From: Amoebophrya sp. A120
Taxonomy: Eukaryota > Protista > Dinoflagellata
Length of the DNA: 64,000 bases
Direction of reading: 5' to 3'
Assembly: GCA_905178155.1 (NCBI GenBank)
Contig: CAJINV010000012.1
Span: 1,182,492 to 1,246,491 of the forward strand
Part shown: positions 12,508 through 24,900 of the stretch, piece by piece
How the letters are laid out: each line of letters begins with the position of its first letter
How positions within the stretch are numbered: position 1 is the stretch's first letter
The notes under the pieces: generated by a model
What the model was told of the DNA's origin: nothing
The model's database searches: none
The model's input: the letters and a program-made list of their open reading frames with translations, nothing else
Position numbers and translations under genes: made by a program

Positions 12508-13523
12508 TTACAGGGCTGTGGGGGGCTGCAAGCCGGGCGCAGCTCCCAATGACTCCTCAAGGAGCGGGCCCACATGATCTTCGACCATTTCGCGGATCAG
12601 ACCCCTTCCCAGCGGCAATGCATCCCAGTCGTCCCACGAACGAATTACACGGTGCCTCAGCGCATCCTCGATAACAAACATGTCTTTTCTGAGCGGTTCC
12701 GGCAGGGCGCGGAACTGCTCAAAAGTGTTGATGATTCCACTTCTGATCGCATACCTCACCACCTGCAAATCTTCCCGCATGTACTGGGGCAGAGCCGCAA
12801 ACTGTTCCCACGTTCCGGGGAGCCGCTCGTCACGACCGCCAAAACGGTATGCGTCGACCGCTGCGGCCCTCACGTTGTGGCGAGCATCCCTCTCTACGCT
12901 GCTTTCCGTCTGCCGGTCGTAGTGATCTCTTTCGTTTGTGCTGGCCGCGCGAATGTTTTTACCCGGGTGAAAGCCGGCGTTCGATTGACGCGGTAGGAAG
13001 CCTGCTATGTATTCTGTGCAAAAGCGAGGTCCCCAACCCAGAGTCAACAACGAATGGGAAATGTGCTAGAGACAACTGAATCAGCCAGATTTGCGTATGC
13101 GTTTGGGTTTGGCTGTTGCGCATGACAAAATTGTCTTTGGCTTTGTAGTGTATTAATACCATTTAGCTAGTTGAGCAGCATCACAGATCTAGCCTCTTAT
13201 GCTGATTCAAGCATCACAAATTCCAAAATACCCCTAGAAAACGTTCCCAATGGGGCTCCGGCGGATGAGGACGATTTTACTCAGCATACTATGCGTTCGA
13301 GAACCAAACCCCGCTCTTTCACTTGATCCGGTACTGCAGCTTCCACCTCTGCGCGCGCAAGCAAATTGCGGTTGATCTTGCTCGCTTCGCGAGGGGCGGG
13401 GCTGTCGCCCCGTTCTGCTCGATGCCGGATCTTCACGGCGTCGACTCGTCCAGGAGAGCAGAAAGATGCTGCGAACCAAATCACAGTATAGAGGAGAGAA
13501 CTTGCAACACGGGAGGACAGCAT
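12508..13523 (-). CDS. Two-exon putative secreted protein with ~25-aa helical repeats
   Basis: ATG at 13523 gives signal-like MLSSRVASSLLYTVIWFAASFCSPGRVDA. Removing introner 13010-13288 plus one repeat joins ..VLERI|AGFLPRQSN.. in frame. Repeats: WEQFAALPQYMREDLQVVRYAI / FEQFRALPEPLRKDMFVIEDAL / WDDWDALP. Confidence 0.75.
13010..13288. mobile_element. Introner family G (diverged)
   Basis: TATTCTGTGCAAAAGCG.. / ..CGATTTTACTCAGCATA; direct repeat CTATG; removal restores the frame. Confidence 0.85.
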
Positions 13524-14230
13524 GATTTTTGTATATTGCAATTTCAAATCAAAAATTGAAATCTGAGTCGATCACTGTACTACTACTAGCCGAAGCGAAC
13601 TACTGTGATAAGAAAGCAGTCAAAAGATGAAAACCAAAAACGTATTAAAGGCGATGCAGAACAAGCACCAGCAGCACTAGGTAAATCGTAATCGCGTTTG
13701 ATTTGCGAGCTGTATGATAGTAGACGATTCAGTAGAATAAACACTAGTCTCAACCTGTGCGAATTTGGGACAATGGCGAGGATCATGGCCAACATGATAA
13801 AACGGCCACCGAAGGAGGAGGATCATGGATTTGGATCCAGGCGCTAAAAAGCTCACGATATTTGACATCAGATCAGATCTGCGTCGGGATTGCCGTCTTG
13901 GTTTCGCACACTGATCGTCTTCACTAGATCATTCAAATTTCGATCCATCCAACAATGAGGCTCTTGCCGGTCCATGCAGCGTGCCACTCGTAGCAAGGTG
14001 CGGGTGTGCTAGGAGCTTCGTATTTCGGATTGTATTTGGTTCTCTCTCACAATATTCTGTAGCGTGAAGTAGATGTGATAGAAAGTGAAGATCGCTGTTT
14101 GTTTTCTAAGCTTCAGGTTTAAGTTGGAGCTCAGAGGCACACCCTGTTCAAGAGGGAACTACGACTCCTGGCACCGTATGCCAGAAAGTGCCTTACGATC
14201 TTCAAGTAGATTGACTCAGACTAGATCCGT

Positions 14231-17090
14231 CTACAACTGATGTAGAAAGCTCCTGCAAGAACGAGCCTCCACAACCACATCGTTCACCCGGCTTGAGGGA
14301 ACTGCAAAGAGGGCATGAGGGAACTTTTTCACTCTATACACGAAGAGAAAAGCAAGTACTTCGACCACCCAGACCAGCAAAAAGGAGATAACTTGCGTAA
14401 AATGCTGAACAACGGGTTCTGGAAGTGCAGCCTGGGCCACTATATCGAAATAGTCGATTGAAGCGACTTAGAGCGCTGCGGCAGGCTTCTTTTCAATGTT
14501 CCGGATGGCAGCGCCAGAGTCAACGCTACAAATACAGGCTCGAGTTGGAGTTGCTCTTGGTAATTGGTTCATCTTTGATTATACGTCAGACTCTTTCAGC
14601 GTCTGCGCAGGGCTTCTCTACTTCCTCCTCCATCTTCCCGCCCGCACAGGGACACAGTGGGTGTGGTTACTTCTAAATGGCTGCTCGCCGTTGTTCCCCT
14701 CCTGCCTAGCTGTCTCCTCGTCACGGTCGCCGCCAAGTCGAACGTTAATTGCGTATGCATTCAGCAAACATAAGTCTGGTTCTGGAAAGGAGCAAACTTG
14801 CGATGCGTTCTTCTGTCAGTCAGAGAAAAATCTGTCTTGCATGGGCTGCAAAATTTGCACCTGTGTTGATGCCACCCACAAGAGTGAACCAATATCACAT
14901 GCTCATGATGCGGAATAGACTGCATGGAATCGGAATGGTTCTCTGTACTATAATAAATGCTGTATTGCATTCCAGACACTTTTTGGGTGAGCGTGAGGCA
15001 AGAAAAGACGCATGACAGAAAGTTGCGCTGTTCTAGAAGACCCATATCCCACAGAAAAAAGCTGGCAGGTCACATTCGTAATGCAAAAATAAATACACAA
15101 AAAAATCTGTATTGCGTATCCCAAGCAGCATGCTATGAGGCCGCCCATGACAGATTTTTCTGTGTATTTATTTCTGCATTACAAACATGCCCTGCCAGCT
15201 TTTTTCTGTGGGATAACCCAGACATAGTTCTTACGGTTGGTACTTCAGTATCTTCAACAACAGCATCATATCGCAAGAACAAAAGACTGCTTCTTCACTG
15301 TGACCTTGTGATGCAGAGGATGTCAAAGTCCAGCGCTTGATGTCCTGCTGCAACTGCAACAAGTCGTGGCATAATTTTGGCCCACATTACTCAACTAAAT
15401 GGTTCATTTAGGTGAATAATTTTCGTTCTTGTCATGCGACACAAATTTGTCATGCGAGTCCTCCAATAAAATCGTCACAGTGAACCTACACAGCTCTTCA
15501 CGCGCGATACACCACGTTCAAACACAGCAAGGGGAAGCCGACCGTGGCCGTGACAAACCAGCCGTCCTCATATTACAATGAAAACTGCCCCCACCACGAC
15601 CCCAGAACGACGTGGATGCATTTGTATTCGCAAAAATTTCCTCGGGAAACATCTCCCATCCTACATTTTTCAGCACAACAAATTCTCACTCAATGCTGAA
15701 TAACTATGAATTTGTGTTGCACACGAGCAGCCCAGCAACAGCCGAACCTGGTATGCCAAAGATGCCTTGCTCAGTCTAGGTTCCGCATCAGAAAGATTCT
15801 ATAGATAAAAAAAGATTTTCAGCATTTCTTTGAAAACGTTATGCATCAGAAATTTTTGCAGCTTCCGGGGTCGTCGTGGGCGCACTTTTCATTGTAATAC
15901 CTCATCAAAGTAATTCGCAGACAACCCGAAAACCTTGATCGCGTTCGTCGAACTAACGCTAGTAGAGCTGGTATCGGTAAGATCTTCTCCACCCCGGCGC
16001 ATGAAATCGTTGAACATTGGTAGGAAGTAACTGCAAATAGCCGCGTTGCAGAAAAAGAGAAGAAAACAGGTTTTCGCTGAGAGCTTCAAAAACAGGATCG
16101 CGAGCAGGTACTGGAGATGAAAGGAGAAGAGCAGGAGGAAAAATATCCCGTGTAAATAAATCGTCGCCCCTGCACTAACTACATAAACTTGTCATGCATT
16201 ATCATGCAAGACCGAAATGCTTATCGTGGTGCACAGCCTCAACTACAATCAACATGACAACCATCTATTCCCAGTGGTGTTTTGAAATTTCTCTTGCTTA
16301 ATTCAGGAGAGGGCGCTCGATCTTTTGTGAAGATGCTACTGCTGCACTTGGTCGAAAAACACCAGTACACCACCGCAAGGAGCCCAACCCCAACAACCAA
16401 ACCTTGTGGATCATTTGTCTTTCAGACTATTTCCCAGCTGCTTGACTGTGGGCGCGCGGGGGCGTTTTAATATTTGCGCAGGGTAAAGAAAACTCCGTCC
16501 TTTCTCCAGTTCACGGCGATTCTGAAGTCTTCGAGTTCTTGTCTGAAAAACTCGAACTGCGAATAGACATTGTCAAAAAGCAGAGTTGGGATTTCGTCCC
16601 AGTTTAGCATTGTTCCCGAGGACCACGTCTGCTGGTAGTTATGGTGTTGTAAGGACGCCGCGCCTGTCATGTTGATATTATTCCGTGCGGACGCTGCAGC
16701 TGCTATGTTCTGCTCCTCGGTGCTCCATTTCATTTCTCCGGTCGTTGGAGTCGTACTACTTGGGCCGTAAGTACTATCCACAGTAAAAAAAATAATTTCC
16801 TGCACACGACATACAAAAGCGGTTTCTGCATGACAAAGCTTGCCTTCGCCTTCTCTCTTAGTTAGCAGGACATCAAGTGACATCCTCTAAGTTGACGAAA
16901 TTTCTGATGCATTTTGTACCTCGTGTACGGGAATAAAAATAAATTTACTGTTGATAGTTGTAAAAGTGGTCCCCTAGTAGATGGGCGAACATGTTCTTCA
17001 CTTCTGTCATTTTGCTTTTCAAGAATTGTGATATTGGCAGCAATCATACTGTAACACCATAGACCTAGAGTAGATAGAAGAATTGTGATA
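14231..17090 (-). CDS. Probable multi-exon multi-pass membrane protein; structure unresolved
   Basis: Hydrophobic minus-strand segments (VISFLLVWVVEVLAFLFVY; KTCFLLFFCNAAICSYFLP) alternate with degenerate introner-like inserts. Confidence 0.3.
14754..15242. mobile_element. Degenerate family A introner carrying a nested family H element
   Basis: Left end TATGCA..AAGTCTGGTTCTGGAA; right TIR TTCTAGAAGACCCA[insert]GACATAGTTCTTACGGTTGGTA; direct repeat not recognisable. Confidence 0.5.
15045..15215. mobile_element. Family H near-perfect hairpin element
   Basis: TATCCCACAGAAAAAAGCTGGCAGG.. / ..CCTGCCAGCTTTTTTCTGTGGGATA; the arms pair for about 65 bp; direct repeat ACCCA. Confidence 0.92.
16775..16956. 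mobile_element. Degenerate introner-like element
   Basis: TATCCACAGTAAAAAAAATAATTTCC / GGAATAAAAATAAATTTACTGTTGATA; no matching direct repeat. Confidence 0.4.
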
Positions 17091-17564
17091 TCAAGGAGTG
17101 TGTAAATTTTCCATACCCAGACGGCGAGTCATGCAGCTTGCAACAAGGAAGGAAACCGACTGCGACCCGATTTGATCATTATGAATGTTCTGATTTTCTA
17201 TTTCGAATTCCAGCGACGTTGCTATGAGTACTAACTTACTATCTTGTGCAAGATGAAAGTAAAATAAGGTCTTCTTGCGCAACAAGAATAGAAAGACACA
17301 AGTTTTTGGAATGGAAGTTCTGGTGGCACGCGCCGACGAAAATTATGACACGAACAGGAAACAAGCAACGTGGTTCGACGCAAATAACCGGAATAAACAT
17401 GATCTACTGCATTCATAATTGGCATTCCCCATGTGCAGCCGCGCGGCACATAAATATTTTTGAAGATTTTTGCATCGCATAGGAATAGAACTAATTTTGC
17501 ATCTTCACATTAGTAAGTAGCGCCAGGTCTTCGAGGCGAACCAGGGTGTAGTTGAAAAACGGGT

Positions 17565-20500
17565 TCATTTTATTGCCGCTCGATGTAGTTCTTGACTGTC
17601 ACGAAAATGAATCCTTGACTTGTCACAGAACTTCCTCTTCCAGCAGCTATGTGCCGCTTATCAAATGTAAAAATGTCTGGGTCTGGAAGATTACCAGGTT
17701 TGTCATGCACGTTTTGCATGGATCCTGATGTCTGTGATGCATGCCCAAGCATCACAGATTTTGTGAGGGCTTCCTGATGCCTATACCGCATGACAAATGC
17801 TCTTTCCGTGTAGCAAAACTTGGACTCTCTTTTCTGCTCATGCAATACAGATTTTTTTAGCATCCAAAATCAGCACGACAAGTTGGATTCTTCCAGACCC
17901 AGACATTTTTACATTTGATACCGCTTCTATTACTGGCAAACACTCCTCCGCAGAAAAAAACCGTCCGTTTTCGAAGAAATCGTTTACCGGCTTGCCCTCT
18001 GCGGTTTTGTAGAATCGGAACCAGTTTTATCGAAGAAAAAAACATTCGTTAGTCTAGCTTCTGCGCATGACAGGTTTATTTTGCTCTCATGCCACCCAGA
18101 TTTGTAATGCCGTTCCTCAAAAAAAGTATACAACTCCTACAATTTTTTTTTTCTTGGATAATTTTCTGATCCGATCAAGTTGCGGCGCATCAGGGATAAA
18201 ATCATTATGTGTGCCGTCTTCCTCGATCCGGACACAAAGCATTTTCCAGTCCGTTTCGCTATCAATTGCAAATATGTCTGGCTCTGGACGATTGGGGGAG
18301 TTTGTCATGCAAATTTTACATGCCCTGCGATGTCGGTGACGCATGCTTTAGCATTACAGGTTATTTTGTGAAGGCTTTCTTATGCCTACACTGCATGAGA
18401 AATGCCTTTTCAAATAGCAAAAATCTGAGTGCCGTTTGCTGCTCATGCAACACAGGTTTTTTTGTATCATCGAAAGTTAGCATCACAAATTCCATTCTTT
18501 CCAGACCCAGACACATTTGCACTTGATATTCGCCCTCGTCAATCAACGCCAGTCCACCAAGCAGCTTTACCAAAAAACATTCGCCGACCTTTGTCGTGGT
18601 TGACGTCTTAAAGGAAGTACAAGAGCTATTGTCGCTTTTACGTACTACTTGTGTTTGCTCGGCAGGAGAGGTCATCTTCTCTCCATTGGTTTTAGCGTAG
18701 TTCCCGAGTTGTAGATCATCGTGATCTGTAGTGCTTATAACCAGCACGTCTAGTGGGTCGTCATCACCAGGAACGTCGGTGACGCTATCCCTTTCCTCAC
18801 GTGAGGAAAAGGTCTGCGGAAAAAACCCGTAGTCTCCGACAAACATGCCCTTCTCGCCCTCGCTTTCATACTGGTAGTGGCGATGTCAAGTGCAAAAGTG
18901 TCTGGGTCTGGAAGAGCCGGAACTTGTCATGCACATCTTGATGCATGACCAGTGAGGTCTGTGATGCTGGTGCTAGCATCACAGATCTTTTGAGAGCTTC
19001 TTGATGCTAATTACGCATCAGAAATGCCCTCTCCGCGTGCCAAGAACTGACTCCTCTTGCTGCTCTTGCAACACTGATATTTTTAGAATCCGCATACAGC
19101 ATTACAAGTTCCACTCTTCCAAACCCAGACATGTTTGCCATCCATAGGCGAAGGTGGACGTCGGGGCCATCGCTCTATCAACTGCAAAAGTATCGTACTC
19201 GTATAAATGCATTACAAATCTCCTCAGCATGAGAAGTAAAATTTGTAATGCGGATTTACCTTGGGAAAAAAATTTGTAATGCAAGACTTGCATTTCTACG
19301 AATACGATACTTTTGCAGAGGATACGCTCTTCTTCCGGGTGTCTTGCTTGATCGGATTGAAGTCTTCTGTTTTCGAAGTTTCGAATATGAGAGTGCACAA
19401 CTCCACCTCCCCCTCATTTGTCATGCAAAATACCCAATCGACTCTTTGCCCCTTTGGGTTGTTAGCATGACAGATTCTGGCAGGAGCCACCAGAGTGCTA
19501 CAATCGTCCTGTGTAAAATTTGTCATGCAAAAGTTGCATTCTTGTCGCCGCTTCTATTGCTGTTCATGCAATGCTGCAAATGATGGGAGGAGGGGCGCTG
19601 TGCACTCTCATATCGAACTTCGCAGTGGTAAACATCGGCACCTCGCAGACGAAGTGGAAGAAAAGGTCGGGCGTGTTCTCATCTTCTTTACTAGAGTTGT
19701 ATGCCGAGTCTTCTGTTACTCGTTGCGCTAATATCGGTCGCAGCGGTATGTCGTGCCAAGGAGAAATGTAGGTAGTAGACGAAGGGGCAGCAGCTACTTC
19801 TGCAGGTAGTTGTGAACAACAACCTTTCGAGGAGGTCGCGAAAAAGACTCGATAGTCCGGTGTTCCAGGTTATCAAAAGTAAAAGTGTCTTAGTCTGGAA
19901 ACTTGTAATGCTGGGTGGCGTCTCATGATGAGGCTACGAATACTGGCTCAGCATGACAAGTTTCTGAGCTCCTAGGTGTTGCCTATTCTGCATGACAAAC
20001 TACGGCTCTGCATCACAGAAAAACGGAGCTCTAGCTCTTGAGTAACGTGCATGACAGATTTAAGAGTCATGCCAGACAAGGATGACACACATGAATTCTT
20101 CCAGACCCAGACATTTTTACAGTTGATACAGGTGTCCCCTTCTCGATGGTGCGCAGCTCGTTCTTCGCACCATGTACTGATCTTCCCGGGGCGGTTGATG
20201 AGATAGAGATGGTTGTTGATGAAAGAAATCTCGTCCACCTTCCCCTTTGATCATTGTTGCTGTTCTTGACGGCACCAGGATGACTGTACGACGTGTACGG
20301 CAGCACCGCACCTGCTCCTACTTGATCATGTTCAAAAGCTGCAATGTTGCCTGCCGGGCGGCGAAAAATCTCCTGCTGTGTAGTGGTGCACCAGCTTCCT
20401 GTTTTTCTAGTACCTCTAGACGACCGCGCCGACGCAACGTCTGTTCCACCAGAAGATCTGGTGTTTATTCCCAACGATGACACCGCGCTTGAAAAGCAGA

Positions 20501-20666
20501 AACGACCCCGGGAGGTAGATGTTTTTTTCGCCCCCACGGGTAGCAACATGACAACCCGGGGGCGTCCTCGATTCTCACTTTTATTCCAGGGCTGCACGGA
20601 TGTACTGAATAAAACAGGTGGCGTAGAAGAACACCCCGTGGTGATCCTCTTCGGTGGTGGTCTCAT
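17565..20666 (-). CDS. ppa: Soluble inorganic pyrophosphatase (family I), 8 exons and 7 introners; start codon uncertain, long N-terminal extension
   Basis: After removing the introners the protein reads GTPGTPDYRVFF, ISPWHDIPL, FVCEVPMFTTAKFETSKTEDFNPIKQDT, DYGFFPQT, GDDDPLDVLV, VKLLGGLALIDEGETDWK, WFRFYKTAEGKPVN. These are the eukaryotic family I PPase motifs in order; stop at 17565. Confidence 0.95.
17659..17920. mobile_element. Introner family A
   Basis: Perfect TIR TATCAAATGTAAAAATGTCTGGGTCTGGAAGA; direct repeat CCGCT. Confidence 0.95.
18028..18160. mobile_element. Introner, singleton family
   Basis: TATCGAAGAAAAAAA / TTTTTTTCTTGGATA; repeat AGTTT/ATTTT; removal restores IR(N/K)WFRFYK. 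Confidence 0.8.
18260..18528. mobile_element. Introner family A
   Basis: Family A TIRs; direct repeat TTCGC; removal restores DEGE|TDWK. Confidence 0.95.
18884..19146. mobile_element. Introner family A
   Basis: TGTCAAGTGCAAAAGTGTCTGGGTCTGG / CCCAGACATGTTTGCCATCCATA; direct repeat GGCGA. Confidence 0.92.
19176..19324. mobile_element. Introner family B
   Basis: TIR TATCAACTGCAAAAGTATCGTACTCGTA; direct repeat CGCTC. Confidence 0.93.
19386..19612. mobile_element. Introner family C
   Basis: TIR TATGAGAGTGCACA / TGTGCACTCTCATA; direct repeat TCGAA; removal restores AKFE|TSKTEDFNPIKQD. Confidence 0.95.
19871..20128. mobile_element. Introner family A (subfamily A2)
   Basis: Family A TIRs; direct repeat CAGGT; body is close to the reverse complement of 60842-61093. 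Confidence 0.95.
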
Positions 20667-21913
20667 GGCGATCAAGTGAAAGTTGGGCTCGTTCTGCACG
20701 CTCCGTTAAGTAGTACAACCTGACAACTTGTTCTCCTATAGGGAAGAGTATCTGATGTTAGTAGGGAAAGAGAAAGCGAGCTGAGTAGATAAGATTTATC
20801 ATTATAGTTTGAAGAAACTCGTCCAGATGAAAAATAAAAACGCAAGTCCAAGTCCTCGTCCTCTTGATGCACTAGTACTACCTTCCGTCTGAGATCTATT
20901 TTGATGACCTTCAAACAGAAACACCAGGCAGCGTACATTGATCTGCTTTATAAGTCGGTCAAACCTTTGTAAGTAAAAAACCGATGATTTCGAAGAAGAT
21001 GAACGTTGGTTTAGCTTCGAGATTTTTGTTATCTAAGTAAGTAGGTACCCGGCTGATGATAGATCATGATCTTCTTCGTTCCCCGACATGCAGTATAATA
21101 GTACTGCGCTGGTACTACAGCCACTTACTTCGTACCTGTTGAGCAGTAGACTGTCGTCACGCAAAATAAAATCCTTCCACCCAGAGTGAGAGGGGGCATG
21201 AAAAACATTTCCAAAAAGACGAACGCCGTCACTACTGAACGACACCAAGTGGACTAGCAGCTAGCACGAGGAGGTCCTGCTCTCACCACGTGGTATAATT
21301 CTTTGAAGATATTTCAAGCAAGATACTTCTTCACTTCTGCACCTCCTTCGATAAGTACAGAAACACTGGATCTTCTGTTCGGTACTTTTTATGACCAAAG
21401 GCTATATTTTTTCAGTGTGATTTTGACTACCATCAACAATCTAAATGACAACCAAAATCCGTATCTTCAAATGCAGCCTCCAAGTGGACTGCAAAACTCT
21501 GCTGTCTGGAGTGCTGAAGAACCGCGCTAGGTTTATATTTTCGAAAAAAACAACTCTGCTGTTGTTCTCCTACATGGAAAATTGTACATGGGCACTACAT
21601 ACTTCACGATATCGAGACAAACATGCTCTATTGTACTCCGGTTGTACGGCGCCTCGATAATGTCAACGACTAATATGGTTCTTGTTCTAACTCTATCTCT
21701 ATGTATATATATCTATATGAAACCACGAACTGAATCTGAAAATAAATGATCGACACGATGAAGAAAGCAAAACTCTGCTTCTTCTCCACAAGTGGGCGAA
21801 CTACGCATAGTACCAAAACAAAATTCTAAATAAACACCCAGTTCTTGTAGTACCACGACATCTTTATTTCTGAAAGCATGATTTTTCATTTTTTACAACT
21901 TGTACTTCCCGTC

Positions 21914-24900
21914 CTACTGGATGGAGCAGGGACTGGGCGATCGCCTCCTGCGATACACGGGGCTCGGCGTTCGCAATCTTCTCCGCTGGGCCGCAATTTG
22001 CCGCTCCGACTCTTCTTGTTCGCGCTGCTGCTGCCTTCGCATGCATTCCTCCGCTTCCCTCTGTCGGCGCCGTTGCTCTTCCCACTCACGCTCGCGCCGG
22101 CGCTGCTCTGCCCGCCGCTCCAGGTCCGCAAGCGCTATCGCCTCCCGCCGCTCCCGCTCCTGCCGCTCCCGCTCCTCGCGCTTCAGCGCTTGGACCTTAC
22201 TCTCGTATTCTGTCCGTAGTTCAGCGTTCAGCGACCGCGCCAGCTCGTCTTCCTTCTTTTTGAATTCCTGAAACGCGAGATTTTTGTTGCGGTTGTTTTC
22301 AACCACCTCTTCCACACCGCTGCTTCTCGATCTCTATCAAGAGGAAAAATCCCCCCTCCCCATATCGAAAAGGTCTGTTTCCGAAAATTTGTGTTGCTGA
22401 TTTGAGGTCACAAATCGCATTTGTCTTGCAAGAAGACAAGGGCAGAAGCTTCCGCCCCATTATGGAAGCGATTTGTCATGCTGTTGTGCCTAAAGGGGAG
22501 CCGTTTGCCATGCTGAACAACTAGACCCATGCGCCCCTACCTAGCCTGGGGATCTGGCCGCAATGCCTCTCTGCAATACAAACCTGATTTGTGTACACAA
22601 ATCCAGCATCAGAAATTCCGTTTTGATATGGGGAGGGGGGATTTTTCCCTTCGATAATCTCGCCGCGGTGTTCTCATCTACTTGGAAGTTTTCCAACCAA
22701 GTGCGCAATTGCGGTCCGCCTACCATTATGGATTGCAAAAAGGTCTGGGTCTGGAAGATTCTGAGACTTGTCATGCATATTTTGTATGATCCATGACGCC
22801 TCTAATGCATGATCTAGCATCACAGATCTTTAGAGGGCTTCCTAATGCCTATTCCGCATGACAAATGCCCTCTCCGCGTAGCAAAAATTATGATTCCTTT
22901 TGCTGCTCATGCAACACAAATTTTTTAGACATCCAAATGCAGCATCACAAGTTGCATTCTTCCAGACCCAGACACTTTTGCATTTGATAACCATTTGATG
23001 GCTCCGTTGGAAAATAAGACCACGGCGGCTGTCCGCGGGTTGAAACCGGGCAAGCTGGCCCAAAAGGTCGTACTTTTGCCGCAGCCGCCGGAGGGTACCG
23101 ATGTCCTCGCCAGGGATCGTGTCGTACCAAAAGGGTTTCTCCGGTTTTTCGCCCTGAACCCACACGCGCAAGAGGATGTCCCGCATTGCCGCTTGGACCC
23201 AGTGGGCAGACCACAGGTGGTCTACTTGGTAAAGCTGCGCCTTATCCTGAGTAAAAACGTACCCACACCAGGGTCAGGATGGGGATTTTGCAACACAAAC
23301 CTAAGAGTTTTGTGAGTCACGCATGACAAGTTGCACTCTGCAGCGTAGTGCGGGTTAGCAAGTGCAGCCGCATCACAGATTCATCTGCTCATCCTGTTCA
23401 CAGCATCACAAATTCCAAAACACGACTGGAAATGGCTCTCATGGGGATGCGCATTACAAGTCTTCCTGTCTTTGCAAATCTGCATTTACAACTCTGGTGT
23501 GGGGACGTTTTTACTCAGGATACGCCTCACCGTTTCGATACTGGTCCGCCTTGTATGGATTGCAAAAATGTCTGGGTCTGGAAGAATGCAACTTGTGATG
23601 CTATTTTTGGAATCTAAGAAAACCTGTATTGCATGAGCAGCAAGAGGCGTCCAGTTTTTGCTCCGCGGAGAGAGCATTTGTCATGCGGGATAGGCATCAA
23701 GATACCCGCAGAAAATCTGTCATGCTAGGTCATGCATTACAGGCATCATAGCCCATGCGAAATATGCGTGACAAACCTGGAAATCTTCCAGACCCAGACA
23801 TTTTTACAGTTGATACCTTGCGCGCCACAGCAATAGAGCGTAGGTCCTCGTCAGACGAAGACGCGAACTCGGTATAGATGCTTCCAAACCGCCAAGCCGC
23901 ATAAAAATTGCCTGCCGCGGCAAAGTTGAGAAATTTCCGTCGGCCGACCTTTTCCACGGAGAAAACCTTCTCCAAGCTTGTGAGAATTTGGTCCGCGGCC
24001 TTGCTAAACTCGGTCTCGAAAAAGTCCGTCACCTTTTTTTCTGCCGCCGTCGCTTGCGCTACCAAGTTCGCAAACACACTGCTCCTCGCCTTCAGCTGCT
24101 GAATCGATCCGTGGGCCTTGACCTCCCGGTTCACAATATCAAAGTGAAAAATCCCCCCACCCCATACTCAAACTAGAAATTTGTGATGCAGATTTGTGGC
24201 CACATCTTTGTCATGCTAGAAGGGAAAAGATGCGGACTTTAGTGCTGGTTGGCGTGGGAAAGCCTTGCATCTTCAGCATGACAGGGGGCAGCTGGAAGTG
24301 GGAAACAGCATGACAAATTGCCTGCAAACGAGGCCACAGCTGCGTCTCTTGGCCTTCTAGCATTACAAGTCGATTTGTGTACTCAAATCCAGCATCACAA
24401 ATTTCGTTTTCGATATGGGGAGGGGGGATTTTTCCTTTTGATACACAAACGCAACCGCCTCCTGTGCCCACAGTGCTTCGTTCACCAGAAACAGATTCGC
24501 GGAAGATGAATCTGGTTCTCTCAGTTTTCCCGTGGTACTGTCGATAAAGTATCGCAAGAAAAAAGTGTTACAGTCACACATTGTGTTGCAAGACCGGTAA
24601 CACGGACAACCATTCTCATGCAGGAAATGCTTGGGCGCCTCGTTTCCTTCCTGTTTTCCCTTATGATCTTCGCATTACAAGTTTTCTGTGCCGCACAGAG
24701 AAAATTTGTGATGCGGAAACTCCAACAAATGTGTAGCTGTAACACTTTTTTCTGGTGATATAAAGAGCGCGCTCTCCACTGCCGGCACGACCACGCGGCT
24801 CCACCAAGCAAACACTTCTATCAACTGCAAAAATGTCTGGGTCTGGAAACTTGTAATGCTGCTTTGGGAATAGTGAATGCTCTGTAATGCACAGGCAAGC

